From NCBI GenBank assembly GCA_964016885.1, contig OZ024740.1, positions 45,694,001-45,758,000 on the forward strand: a DNA stretch of 64,000 nucleotides, read 5' to 3'. The notes under the pieces were generated by a model, which made no database searches, was not told where the DNA came from, and saw only the letters and a program-made list of their open reading frames with translations. The position numbers and the translations under genes are program-made. Each line of letters begins with the position of its first letter. Position 1 is the first letter of the stretch. This document shows, one piece after another, positions 36,948 through 49,283 of this stretch. This DNA is from Eledone cirrhosa. Taxonomy: Eukaryota.

Positions 36948-37173
36948 AGTATATGTTGGTTGTTTACCGACACCTCAATATGCAGGTTGGAGCACTCGAC
37001 GAAGTACGCAGGTTGGTTTGCTTACTCCGGAGTAATGTAAAATAAGTAAGTAAAACATGTTAAAATATTATTCCAGTTCCTCAACACACCCAGGAGCTGG
37101 ACATATCGATGAATTGACAGACTGGAACACATTTCAATACCATGTTTACCTGTTCTTTCTACATTAATTCGTA

Positions 37174-37226
37174 CTGCCTGAAGAGGTCACAGCCAATAAT
37201 AGCTTTCACTGAAATATATATTGCAG
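37174..37226 (+). ncRNA. Candidate type I hammerhead ribozyme
   Basis: CTGC-CTGAAGA-(imperfect stem II GGTCACAGC..GCTTTCACT)-GAAA-TATATA-TT-GCAG. Stem I CTGC/GCAG, palindromic stem III. Confidence 0.6.
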
Positions 37227-37409
37227 AGAATTTATAATAAACGAAGCCAAATTTAACATGTTTGATTTATATATATATATGAAGTATTTCCGTGGGAAGG
37301 GTAAAGGAATGGAGTGTGTTCTATGTAATTTTCATTCTGATGGGCGATTTCAGACGTCTCTGTTGAGCTCGTCTGTCTTCGTGAAACCTTTGGTAAATGG
37401 AATAATTGT

Positions 37410-37448
<39 letters not shown>

Positions 37449-38424
37449 CTGCTGCAATAAAATACAAGTTACGTATATCCTGTGGTATTTGGTGCGACTC
37501 CTTGGGTTCTGAGTATTTTGCTCTGTGATGAGAGTTACCAATAATAAGACAAAACAGTAATTAATTTGGTGTTGACTACCAATGTTTCATATCAATGCAA
37601 TGAAAGCTAACATTATAAGTAGTTTCCTATCAGCTTTCTATGTATTCATTTTCCTTTAACTTTTGTAACTGTCTTCGTTTTGTGTCACTTCAAACAAATT
37701 AAGGTTCTGGCAATTGATTGGTCGAAGAAGGGATTGCTTCTTGCTGCGGTATTTCTTTCCAAAAGAATGTAAAACTGCCGACACCGACTACTTCCACATC
37801 CACAAGTTCCACTTCACTTTATCAGTACCATTTATTAACGTGGTTTTTTATCAACTATACATTAAAAAAGTCACAAATACTCAATATTTTACACCACAAA
37901 CTTAGTAAAGAACGATGTATGAGGTCAGTATCTTCAACATTAAATAGATGGACTCTGCTATTAACGATGGCTTCTACAACCCTTTCTCAATACAACACTG
38001 GTTCAAATCTTTGCTTTAATCTCTTTTCCGGCCATCAACTCATTTGTTATGGCTGAGTATTTATTCATTTGTTTATTTTTGTATTTATTTATTTGAATAC
38101 ATATTACATGAATTTAAACATCCGTATAGAGCTATTAAGCTATGACAGACTAAGGGAAGTAACCAGTGTCCCTCGCAGTTAAGAAACAAAAACAAGATTG
38201 ACAGAGAAATATAAAAATGTGAACCCCAACGGGAAGGGAAAAAAGAATAAAAAATCAGAAGATAAAGAAAAAATGAAAAAAAAGGGAAGGTTTTAAAGCA
38301 GTTCAAAGTTTTTATTGTTGAATTTTTTCGTAGTCTCAGAATACTCAAAGATCTTGTTTATAGTTGGTAGATATTTGACAATATATTGTATATATAATGA
38401 TCAGCTTCAAGATGACCCCCCCCC

Positions 38425-38458
<34 letters not shown>

Positions 38459-39560
38459 GACTTGTGGAATTCGAAACCAACAAAAAATGGTCCGATGATT
38501 TATTGGGAAGTTTGTAAGTCCTAATTGGAATTTAGCATCTCTTTAGCAGGATTGTTTCATCTACATGTCACACTCTACCCCCGGATGCCAGTCTCCTTTA
38601 TGCTCAACTATTTTGAACACTTCACCACCGCACTCTCATAGATCGATCATAAAATAGCCAAACGTACTAAACGGAAGATATATTTCTCTATTAACAAATG
38701 AATGCAGATCAACTGGTGAAAGATTACAGACAGAAAATATAAGTTGGTGATACTATCAAGTAGTGATAACTAAAATTGATAATAAAATCGCCATGATTTT
38801 ATAGTTAACGATGTAAATAATCGATATTAGTCAATTAATTAGGGTTGTGGTTTGGCAGAATTGGTAGAGCGTCAGATAAAATGACACTGCAATTTTTGTT
38901 CTGGTTCTTTATGTTCGGAGTTTAAATCCCGTTGATGTCAACTTCGCCTTTTATCATTCCGGGGTCGATACAATAAAGTACTAATCAAGTATTGGGGGTG
39001 ATTTGATCAACTTTGTCCTTCTCACAAATTTGACCTTGTGCTTAAATTATAAATAAATGTAAGTCAGCATCTGGCTGTTCTCCGATTGGTTTGTCATCCA
39101 GCTTCTACTGGTGGAAACATCCTCAGTCCCCGAAGCATTCCCCACTTACTGGGGTTGAGGATTCGCTGTAATGAGCCCCACGAAGTGGACTGGCTCTTTC
39201 ATTGTATCTCCCTCATCATCCTCTGGGGTAACACATTCGCCATTCCGTCTCACTGGACAATGAACGAACAACAACTTTAAACATCATTTTGTAGATAGTT
39301 ATAACACTTCAAATGTTAGTGGAGTGTAGTCATTTACATCGAACACAGTAAATTACTGGTACTTTATTACTTTCATATTATCGACCGTGGAGGGATGAAA
39401 GTTAAATTTTACCTAGTCATTAATAAAACTACCACATGACTGATATTATTTAAAAGTGCAATTATAAATATAATTATATAGACATAAATTACGAAAGATT
39501 AATGCAAATATAAATGATTGTGGAAAGTTTTAACATTAACAGATGAAGTGTGAAGGTAAT

Positions 39561-40323
39561 TATCTCTTTTGTCTAATTGTTAAGACCTCCATCTCTTTTG
39601 TCTAATGTTAAGACCTCCATCTCTTTTGTCTAATGTTAAGACGACCATCTCTTTTGTCTAATTGTTAAGACCTCCATCTCCTCTATCTACTGTTAAGACC
39701 ACCATCTCCTCTATCTACTGTTAAGACCACCATCTCTTCTATCTACTGTTAAGACCACCATCTATTCTATCTACTGTTAAGACCACCATCTCTTCTGTAT
39801 AATGTTAAGACCCCCATCTCTTCTGTCTAATGTTAAGACCTCCATCTCTTTTGTCTAATGTTAAGACCACCATCTCTTTTGTCTAATGTTAAGACCTCCA
39901 TCTCTTCTATCTACTGTTAAGACCACCATCTCTTCTATCTACTGTTAAGACCACCATCTCTTCTGTTTAATGTTAAGACCCCCATCTCTTCTATCTAATA
40001 TTAAGACCACCATCTCTTCTATCTAATGTTAAGACCACCATCTCTTCTGTCTAATTGTTAAGACCACCATCTCCTCTATCTGCTGTTAAGACCCCCATCT
40101 CTTCTATCTACTGTTAAGACCACCATCTATTCTGTCTAATCTTAAGACCACCATCTCTTCTGTCTAATGTTAAGACCACCATCTCTTCTGTCTAATGTTA
40201 AGACCACCATCTCTTCTGTCTAATTGTTAAGACCACCATCTCTTCTATCTACTGTTAAGACCACCATCTCTTGTATCTACTGTTAAGACCCCCATCTCGT
40301 CTGTCTAATGTTAAGACCCCATC
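39561..40323. repeat. 28-bp satellite, block A (unit TGTTAAGACCACCATCTCTTCT[A/G]TCTA[A/C])
   Basis: About 27 contiguous units with no spacers. Leftmost units carry the CTTTT/CCTCC variants. Confidence 0.95.
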
Positions 40324-41009
40324 GAAAAAGATCTGTCCCAGATGCGTGTGCGACGAGGAAACCGTTGCACACGCATTGGTACACTGCTCGGGCATTGCCG
40401 ATCTGTGGGGCTATGTCGAACAACTGCTGTCAAGGGTGGGACCGATCCGGTTGACCACCGAGTCTATTGTAACGATCAAGCCGCCTCCCCTCTTCAAAAA
40501 CGAAGGAGAGGCGGTGTTTCTGTGCGTAATAGCCATGCCGAAAGAGGTTGTATGGTGGACGCGTCTGAAAGGACTGAGGTCAGACACCTTTCTCTCTGGC
40601 CAACAACTGGTCCGTTTCTTCCAATATCATTTCGGAAGAAGGATCAGGATGGAGAGAGTGGTGTTGCACCCCAGCCGTTTCTATGAAAGATGGGTGAAAG
40701 TGGCGAGAATGGCCCGTGTGAATGGGCCTTCACTCTACATCAGACTATAGGTGAGGAAGTGAAAGACCAAGGGAGAACCCCTTCTCTGTGCTCCTGAGGA
40801 GAAGGGTTGCACACTTTTTTCGGGGGTGTGTGCGACCCCCCAAGGCGCCTCCTCTCTATTGAGGACTTTGTTATAAATTTTATTTTTTGTTATATTTTAT
40901 TTTATTTTTATATATTGTTATTGCCTCCTCCTTATTGAGGACGCCTTGTTTTGTAAACCCCCATTGTATTTGTCCCACTTTTGATGCCCTGGTGGCAAAT
41001 AAAAGAAAC
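40324..41009 (+). mobile_element. Tx1/L1-clade LINE, 5'-truncated copy 1
   Basis: Nearly identical to 47901-48593 (CCHC region to 3' end AATAAAAGAAAC). Confidence 0.92.
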
Positions 41010-41010
41010 A

Positions 41011-44000
41011 TATCTCTTCTATCTACTGTTAAGACCACCATCTCTTCTATCTACTGTTAAGACCACCATCTCCTCTATCTACTGTTAAGACCACCATCTC
41101 TTCTATCTAATGTTAAGACCACCATCTCGTCTGTCTAATGTTAAGACCACCATCTCTTCTATCTACTGTTAAGACCACCATCTCTTCTGTCTAATGTTAA
41201 GACCACCATCTCTTCTGTCTAATGTTATGACCACCAACTCTTCTATCTAATGTTAAGACCACCATCTCTTCTGTCTACTGTTAAGACCACCATCTCTTCT
41301 ATCTACTGTTGCGACCACAATCTCTTCTATCTACTGTTAAGACCACCATCTCCTCTATCTACTGTAAGACCACCATCTCTTCTATCTACTGTTAAGACCA
41401 CCATCTCCTCTGTCTAATGTTAAGACCACCATCTCTTCTATATAATGTTAAGACCACCATCTCTTCTATCTACTGTTAAGACCACCATCTCTTCTGTCTA
41501 ATCTTAAGACCACCATCTCTTCTATATAATGTTAAGACCACCATCTCTTCTATCTAATGTTAAGACCACCATCTCTTCTATCTAATGTTAAGACCACCAT
41601 CTCTTCTATCTACTGTTAAGACCACCATCTCTTCTGTCTAATTGTTAAGACCACCATCTCTTCTGTCTAATGTTAAGACCCCCATCTCTTCTGTCTAATG
41701 TTAAGACCACCATCTCTTCTGTCTAATGTTAAGACCACCATCGCTTATGTCTAATTTTATGACCACCAACTCTTCTATCTAATGTTAAGACCACCATCTC
41801 TTCTGTCTAATGTTAAGACCACCATCTCTTCTATCTACTGTTAAGACCACCATCTCCTCTGTCTAATGTTAACACCACCATCTCTTCTATATAATGTTAA
41901 GACCACCATCTCTTCTATCTAATGTTAAGACCACCATCTCTTCTATCTAATGTTAAGACCACCATCTCTTCTATCTACTGTTAAGACCACCATCTCTTCT
42001 GTCTACTGTTAAGACCACCATCTCTTCTATCTAATGTTAAGACCACCATCTCTTCTGTCTACTGTCAAGACCACCATCTCTTCTATCTAATGTTAAGACC
42101 ACAATCTCTTCTGTCTAATGTTAAGACCACCATCTCTTCTATCTAATGTTAAGACCACCATCTCGTCTGTCTAATGTTAAGACCACCATCTCTTCTATCT
42201 ACTGTTAAGACCACCATCTCTTCTGTCTAATGTTAAGACCACCATCTCTTCTGTCTAATGTTATGACCACCAACTCTTCTATCTACTGTTAAGACCACCA
42301 TCTCTTCTGTCTAATGTTAAGACCACCATCTCTTCTATATAATGTTAAGACCACCATCTCTTCTATCTACTGTTAAGACCACCATCTCTTCTGTCTAATT
42401 GTTAAGACCACCATCTCTTCTGTCTAATGTTAAGACCCCCATCTCTTCTGTCTAATGTTAAGACCACCATCTCTTCTGTCTAATGTTAAGACCACCATCG
42501 CTTATGTCTAATGTTATGACCACCAACTCTTCTATCTAATGTTAAGACCACCATCTCTTCTGTCTAATGTTAAGACCACCATCTCTTCTGTCTAATGTTA
42601 AGACCACCATCTCTTCTGTCTAATGTTATGACCACCAACTCTTCTATCTAATGTTAAGACCACCATCTCTTCTGTCTACTGTTAACACCACCATCTCTTC
42701 TATATAATGTTAAGACCACCATCTCTTCTATCTAATGTTAAGACCACCATCTCTTCTATCTAATGTTAAGACCACCATCTCTTCTATCTACTGTTAAGAC
42801 CACCATCTCTTCTGTCTAATTGTTAAGACCACCATCTCTTCTGTCTAATGTTAAGACCCCCATCTCTTCTGTCTAATGTTAAGACCACCATCTCTTCTGT
42901 CTAATGTTAAGACCACCATCGCTTATGTCTAATTTTATGACCACCAACTCTTCTATCTAATGTTAAGACCACCATCTCTTCTGTCTAATGTTAAGACCAC
43001 CATCTCTTCTGTCTACTGTTAAGACCACCATCTCTTCTATCTAATGTTAAGACCACCATCTCTTCTGTCTACTGTCAAGACCACCATCTCTTCTATCTAA
43101 TGTTAAGACCACCATCTCTTCTATCTACTGTTAAGACCACCATCTCCTCTGTCTAATGTTAAGACCACCATCTCTTCTATATAATGTTAAGACCACCATC
43201 TCTTCTATCTACTGTTAAGACCACCATCTCTTCTGTCTAATTGTTAAGACCACCATCTCTTCTGTCTAATGTTAAGACCCCCATCTCTTCTGTCTAATGT
43301 TAAGACCACCATCTCTTCTGTCTAATGTTAAGACCACCATCGCTTATGTCTAATGTTATGACCACCAACTCTTCTATCTAATGTTAAGACCACCATCTCT
43401 TCTGTCTAATGTTAAGACCACCATCTCTTCTGTCTACTGTTAAGACCACCATCTCTTCTATCTAATGTTAAGACCACCATCTCTTCTGTCTACTGTTAAG
43501 ACCACCATCTCTTCTATCTAATGTTAAGACCACCATCTCTTCTATCTACTGTTAAGACCACCATCTCCTCTGTCTAATGTTAAGACCACCATCTCTTCTA
43601 TATAATGTTAAGACCCCCATCTCTTCTGTCTAATGTTAAGACCACCATCTCTTCTGTTCAATGTTAAGGCCACCATCTCCTCTATCTACTGTTAAGACCA
43701 CCATCTCTTCTATCTAATGTTAAGACCACTATCTCTTCTGTTTCATTGTTAAGACCACCATCTCTTCTATCTAATGTTAAGACCACCATCTCTTCTGTCT
43801 AATGTTAAGACCCCCATCTCTTCTGTCTACTGTTAAGACCCCCATCTCTTCTGTCTAATGTTAAGACCACCATCTCTTCTGTCTAATGTTATGACCACCA
43901 TCTCTTCTGTCTAATGTTAAGACCACGATCTCTTCTGTCTAATGTTAAGACCACGATCTCTTCTATCTACTGTTAAGACCACCATCTCTTCTGTCTAATG

Positions 44001-44213
44001 TTAAGACCACCATCTCTTCTGTCTAATTGTTAAGACCACTATCTCTTCTCTCTAATGTTAAGACCACCATCTCTTCTGTCTAATGTTAAGACCACCATCT
44101 CTTCTGTCTAATGTTAAGACCACCATCTCTTCTATCTACTGTTAAGACCACCATCTCTTCTATCCAATGTTAAGACCACCATCTCCTCTATCTACTTTTA
44201 AGACCACCATCTC
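41011..44213. repeat. 28-bp satellite, block B (~114 units, higher-order structure)
   Basis: Contiguous units. A marker variant recurs at 41741, 42498, 42919 and 43340. Confidence 0.95.
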
Positions 44214-47200
44214 AACCCATGCCCTCCACTCAAAAAACAAAAACAATTTCCAAAACACCCGCACCGCAAACACAACCCGAAAATATACCCCTCCTCCAAC
44301 GCGGAAGATGACCCTAGTTCGTCGTCAGACGAGGAGGAGCACTTCCACACAATCAAAAGAAAAAAAAGAAAACACACCTCAGACACACAAATGAAAACAA
44401 CCCCTCCCCAAAACATAACACTGACACCAACACAAAAGAGCTCACAACAACAGCAAACAAAAAACACCACACAAAAACAAAAACATGCATACACATACAT
44501 AGACACAAGGAACAAAAAACTGTTAAACATTGTGTACAACAACAATCTAATAAAAACACAAGGGCCTAACTTCACCCAGGCAGGGGATTTCCCCCACCTC
44601 AAAATGATTAAGGCCCCACAGGACACTTATAAAACTTAAAAAAACAATTTTAAAGCGGACGTGGGTCCCCCCTGCGTCGGGCCCATTAACCGCGTCCTCC
44701 TAAAAAACTACCCCACCCCCTCCCCAAACACCCACACAACTCCAAGCTCCCCAACCACACAACACACTGATGCCCCTACACTTCCACAAACCACCACCCC
44801 ACCCAACAACCCATCCCCCACCCTAATGGAAATTGTGCAGCCCGATACCCGGGACGCAGAGAGGTAAGTGCCTTTTCTCTTCACCACCAACATGGCTATG
44901 CTAAGAGTAAGCTGTTTAAATGCGCGTGGCCTGGGCTCAACTTGGAAGCAAGCAATGCTTCTAAATGACCTCAGGTCACAACGTATAGATGTGATGGTTA
45001 TTTGCGAGGCTCGGATCAGCAACGTGCGACAGCTGGCCCACACCTTTGATGACTTTGAGATGCACGCATCTCTCTGTCAGCCCGGAGGTGGGGGTGGAGT
45101 TGTCGTTCTGCTGCAAAAACATCTGGGTCTCGCAACACAGATGGTACATTTGGACCCGGAGGGTCGACTAGTGGTTCTGGACCTTGGCAGTGGTAAAGGC
45201 GGAGCGTTTAGGTTGGTAGCCGCCTACGGCCCTTTCGGGTCAATGCGGCCGGACTTCTTCCATCGTCTGGAGACTTTTCTAGGGACGTCCCGCTCCTTGC
45301 TATTAGTGGGGGACTGGAATGGTATCCTAGATGCACGCTGGGACTACGTAGGGGCCTGTCCCGATAGAGAGGGGTGTAATAGCCTCAAAGGGTTAATCGG
45401 TCGATTTGACCTGGCCGATAGATATCGACTAGATTTTCCGACTGCGCCAACCTGGACTTGGGCAAATCGTAGCGGATCATCTAGGTCGTACCTAGATAGG
45501 TTCTTAGTTAGAATTAAGGATAAGGACTTTTTAAGTTGTCTAAAAATGCGCATGGTTGGCTATTCAGACCACAAGTTAGTGACCTGCATGATCAACCTTG
45601 ACAGAACTCATAGACAGGGACCCGGTTACTGGAAGCTCAACTTGTCCTTACCGGCAGGTAAGGCTTACAGGGACCGGATTAGCACCTTAGTTAGGGAGCG
45701 GTTGACGGGCGCCATCGTCAACAGCAGGTGGTGGGGATCTCTCAAAAGAGAGATTAGAGTAGTCTCTATAGAATTTAGTAAGGAGTTAGCCTCCAATAGA
45801 AATAGGAAGGAAAGGGAGTTGGTAGATAATGTAGAAGAGGCAATTAGAAGCGGCGACGTGGCCAGAGTGCTAGCGTCGAGAACGGCCCTGGGCCAGTTCT
45901 TCGACGCGAAACACAAAGGCTGCATCGTCCGAAGCAAAATACGTGCTCTGGGAAACGAGGGGACCAAAGCTGTTAGCTGGGCCCGCGTGACAGAAGCCAA
46001 AAGAGGGAGCAGATCCACTATCCGGTCTTTGCGAGACCAGGATGGACGGGTGATCCTTGAACCTAAGCAGATGTGCGAGGCTTTTCAAAAGCACTTTGCC
46101 GGATTGTTCGGAGGGGGCGGGGGGCCGGTTGGGGACGTGGACTTCGGTCCATACCTCGACGGCATGCCGCGTCTCTCGGACAGGGAGGCGAAGTCCTGCG
46201 AGGAGCCGATTTCAGCCGCTGAGATAGAGGACGTGCTGAGACAATGCGGCAAACGCAAATCCCCGGGTCTCGATGGTCTTCCATACGAACTATATCTAGC
46301 TATGCCGGACTTGTTCCCCGATCTCCTCGAGGCGGTCTACTGCAACTGGCAACAGAACGGGAGAATTCCCTGTGCTGTGACCAAGGGCGTAGTCACGCTA
46401 GTGAGGAAGGACGAGAACAAGGGGGACGATATAAATAATTTCAGGCCCATAACTCTGCTAAATACAGAGTTACAGATTTTGGCCAAGGTGCTAGCAAAGA
46501 GGTTGGCGCTTGTCGTGGGCAACCTGGTGGGAGATGCGCAGACATGTGCTATCCCGTCCAGGTCCATCCACGATAACCTCCACCTCAAGCGATACATCAT
46601 AGAGAGGGTTGGGAACGAACCCGGCTTTGGTGGGGCCCTGATCAACTTGGATCAATCTAAGGCATTCGATAGGGTCGACCATGGTTACCTGGATGCGGTG
46701 CTAGCGGCGGCAGGCTTCGGACCCGTTTTCAGGGACTGGATCAATGCCATGCACAGCAGCCGCATCTGCTCTAGGGTCAAGGTGAATGGCTACCTCTCGG
46801 AGCCGTTCGAAATCGCGCGGTCCATCCGAGAGGGGTGCCCTCTCTCCTCCCTTCTGTATGTAATGACTCTAGAGCCACTGCTGCGGAAGTTGGAGTTGTT
46901 GCAGGGCATCCGTTGTAACCGGGATTGCAGAAAGCGGTGTCAGCCTACGCCGATGACGTAACAGTAATGGTGTCGACGGCCTCGGAAATCGGGGCGATCG
47001 GCACCTTACTGGAGGAGTACGAAAGGTTTACAGGGGCTAAGCTGAACCGGGACAAGTCGATCGTCTGGAACTCGGCACGTGGAGGGGCAGATCGATGCCC
47101 TCCGATGGCGTCGTCGGGCGCTGGATGGAGGGCCCGGTGAAGTTGCTCGGGGTCTGGTTCGGACCAGACCTCCAGGTGGAGAAGAACTGGGGTCAGGTGA

Positions 47201-48593
47201 CGAACAGGGTGTTTTCACTGACCCAGAAGTGGGCCGAGTGCAAACTGTCCCTGAAAGGTCGGGCGGAGGTAGCGAACACTTATATAGCGTCCGTCATCTA
47301 CTACCGCCTGACCGTTGTGCCTTGCCCAAGGGAAACGGTCGCCAAAATGGAGCGCGCACTCTTCCAATTCCTTTGGAAGAAGCAGGCTCCTATGGTGAGG
47401 AGATCCATCTGCTGTCAACACCCTTCGAAAGGAGGGCTGGGGATGCCGTGGCTAATGATACGTAAACACGCATTAAGGCTACGGCACCTTCAGGTATTCC
47501 TCTCCGGTCAACCGGTGTGGGCCCCGTTTGTGAGGCGAGCCTTCCCCAGACTCGTCTCACTCACCGAGCTGCAATCCTGGGTCAAGCAAAGACCGAGAAA
47601 ACTGGGCGCCTGGCACACCGAGTGTGCCCAGGCGCTCACGGCTCTCTGGCAGGCGGACCCGGCTGTCAGTGGAGAATCCACCTCGTCATTCTATAGAGGG
47701 CTGGTGGTTAGCAGGTGCGATGACGCCCTCGGAGAAGCGCTAGGCATGGAGGAAGACGAACTGGCCAACCTGTTCGGTAGGATATTCAGCCCGGGACCCA
47801 TGGATAACTTCCAGAGGTCCCTGGCCTGGCAATGCTACAGAAGGGCTCTGCCCGTTCGAGAAAGGCTCTACAGACACGGGCGCCCGGGTAGGGACCCATC
47901 GAAAAAGATCTGTCCCAGATGCGTGTGCGACGAGGAAACCGTTGCACACGCATTGGTACACTGCTCGGGCATTGCCGATCTGTGGGGCTATGTCGAACAA
48001 CTGCTGTCAAGGGTGGGACCGATCCGGTTGACCACCGAGTCTATTGTAACGATCAAGCCGCCTCCCCTCTTCAAAAACGAAGGAGAGGCGGTGTTTCTGT
48101 GCGTAATAGCCATGGCGAAAGAGGTTGTATGGTGGACGCGTCTGAAAGGACTGAGGTCAGACACCTTTCTCTCTGGCCAACAACTGGTCCGTTTCTTCCG
48201 ATATCATTTCGGAAGAAGGATCAGGATGGAGAGAGTGGTGCTGCACCCCAGCCGTTTCTATGAAAGATGGGTGAAAGTGGCGAGAATGGCCCGTGTGAAT
48301 GGGCCTTCACTCTACATCAGACTATAGGTGAGGAAGATGAAAGACCAAGGGAGCACCCCTTCTCTGTGCTCCTGAGGAGAAGGGTTGCACACTTTTTTCG
48401 GGGGTGTGTGCGACCCCCCAAGGCGCCTCCTCTCTATTGAGGACTTTGTTATAAATTTTATTTTTTGTTATATTTTATTTTATTTTTATATATTGTTATT
48501 GTCTCCTCCTTATTGAGGACACCTTGTTTTGTAACCCCCCCCCCCCATTGTATTTGTCCCACTTTTGATGCCCTGGTGGCAAATAAAAGAAAC
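44214..48593 (+). mobile_element. Tx1/L1-clade LINE, long copy 2 (probable ORF1 C-terminal remnant + frameshifted ORF2 + 3'UTR)
   Basis: Low-complexity K/T/P-rich ORF1-like tail at 44214-44867, then ORF2, then a 3'UTR ending GGCAAATAAAAGAAAC. Confidence 0.92.
44892..48327 (+). pseudogene. Tx1-type ORF2 (APE endonuclease, RT, CCHC zinc knuckle) with two frameshifts (~46920, ~47065)
   Basis: LNARGL, GDWN, SYLDRFL, SDH, GPGYWKLN, KSPGLDGLPYE, NFRPITLLN, DQSKAFDRVDH, GCPLS, AYADD, GGLGMP, CPRC....ETVAHALVHC. Split across ORFs 44868-46961, 46925-47140 and 47095-48327. Confidence 0.9.
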
Positions 48594-48594
48594 A

Positions 48595-49283
48595 TATCTA
48601 ATGTTAAGACCACCATCTCTTCTGTCTAATGTTAAGACCACCATCTCTTCTGTCTAATGTTAAGACCACCATCTCTTCTATCTACTGTTAAGACCACCAT
48701 CTCTTCTGTCTAATGTTAAGACCACCATCTCTTCTATCTACTGTTAAGACCACCATCTCTTCTGTCTAATGTTAAGACCACCATCTCTTCTATCTACTGT
48801 TAAGACCACCATCTCTTCTGTCCAATGTTAAGACCACCATCTCCTCTATCTACTGTTAAGACCACCATCTCTTCTATCTACTGTTAAGACCACCATCTCC
48901 TCTATCTACTGTTAAGACCACCATCTCTTCTATCTACTGTTAAGACCACCATCTCTTCTGTCTACTGTTAAGACCACCATCTCTTCTCTCTAATGTTAAG
49001 ACCACCATCTCTTCTGTCTAATGTTAAGACCACCATCTCTTCTGTCTAATTGGTAAGACCACCATCTCTTCTATCTAATGTTAAGACCACCATCTCTTCT
49101 ATCTTCTGTTAAGACCACCATCTCTTCTATCTACTGTTAAGCCCACTATCTCCTCTATCTACTGTTAAGACCACCATCTCTTCTATCTAATGTCAAGACC
49201 ACCATCTCTTCTGTCTAATTGTTAAGACCACCATCTCTTCTATCTAATGTTAAGACCACCATCTATTCTATCTACTGTTAAGA
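48595..49283. repeat. 28-bp satellite, block C (~25 units)
   Basis: Same unit as blocks A and B. Confidence 0.95.

Noticed and set aside
40271-40750. Apparent satellite-LINE fusion proteins (also 44167-44394, 49247-50035)
   Set aside because: Starts come from chance TTG/ATG codons in the 28-mer reading into truncated LINE frames. No evidence of a real gene.
39561-49283. CRISPR-like array (28-bp repeats with inserted mobile-element pieces)
   Set aside because: Units are contiguous with no unique spacers, the inserts are kb-scale LINE copies, there are no cas genes, and the context is eukaryotic.
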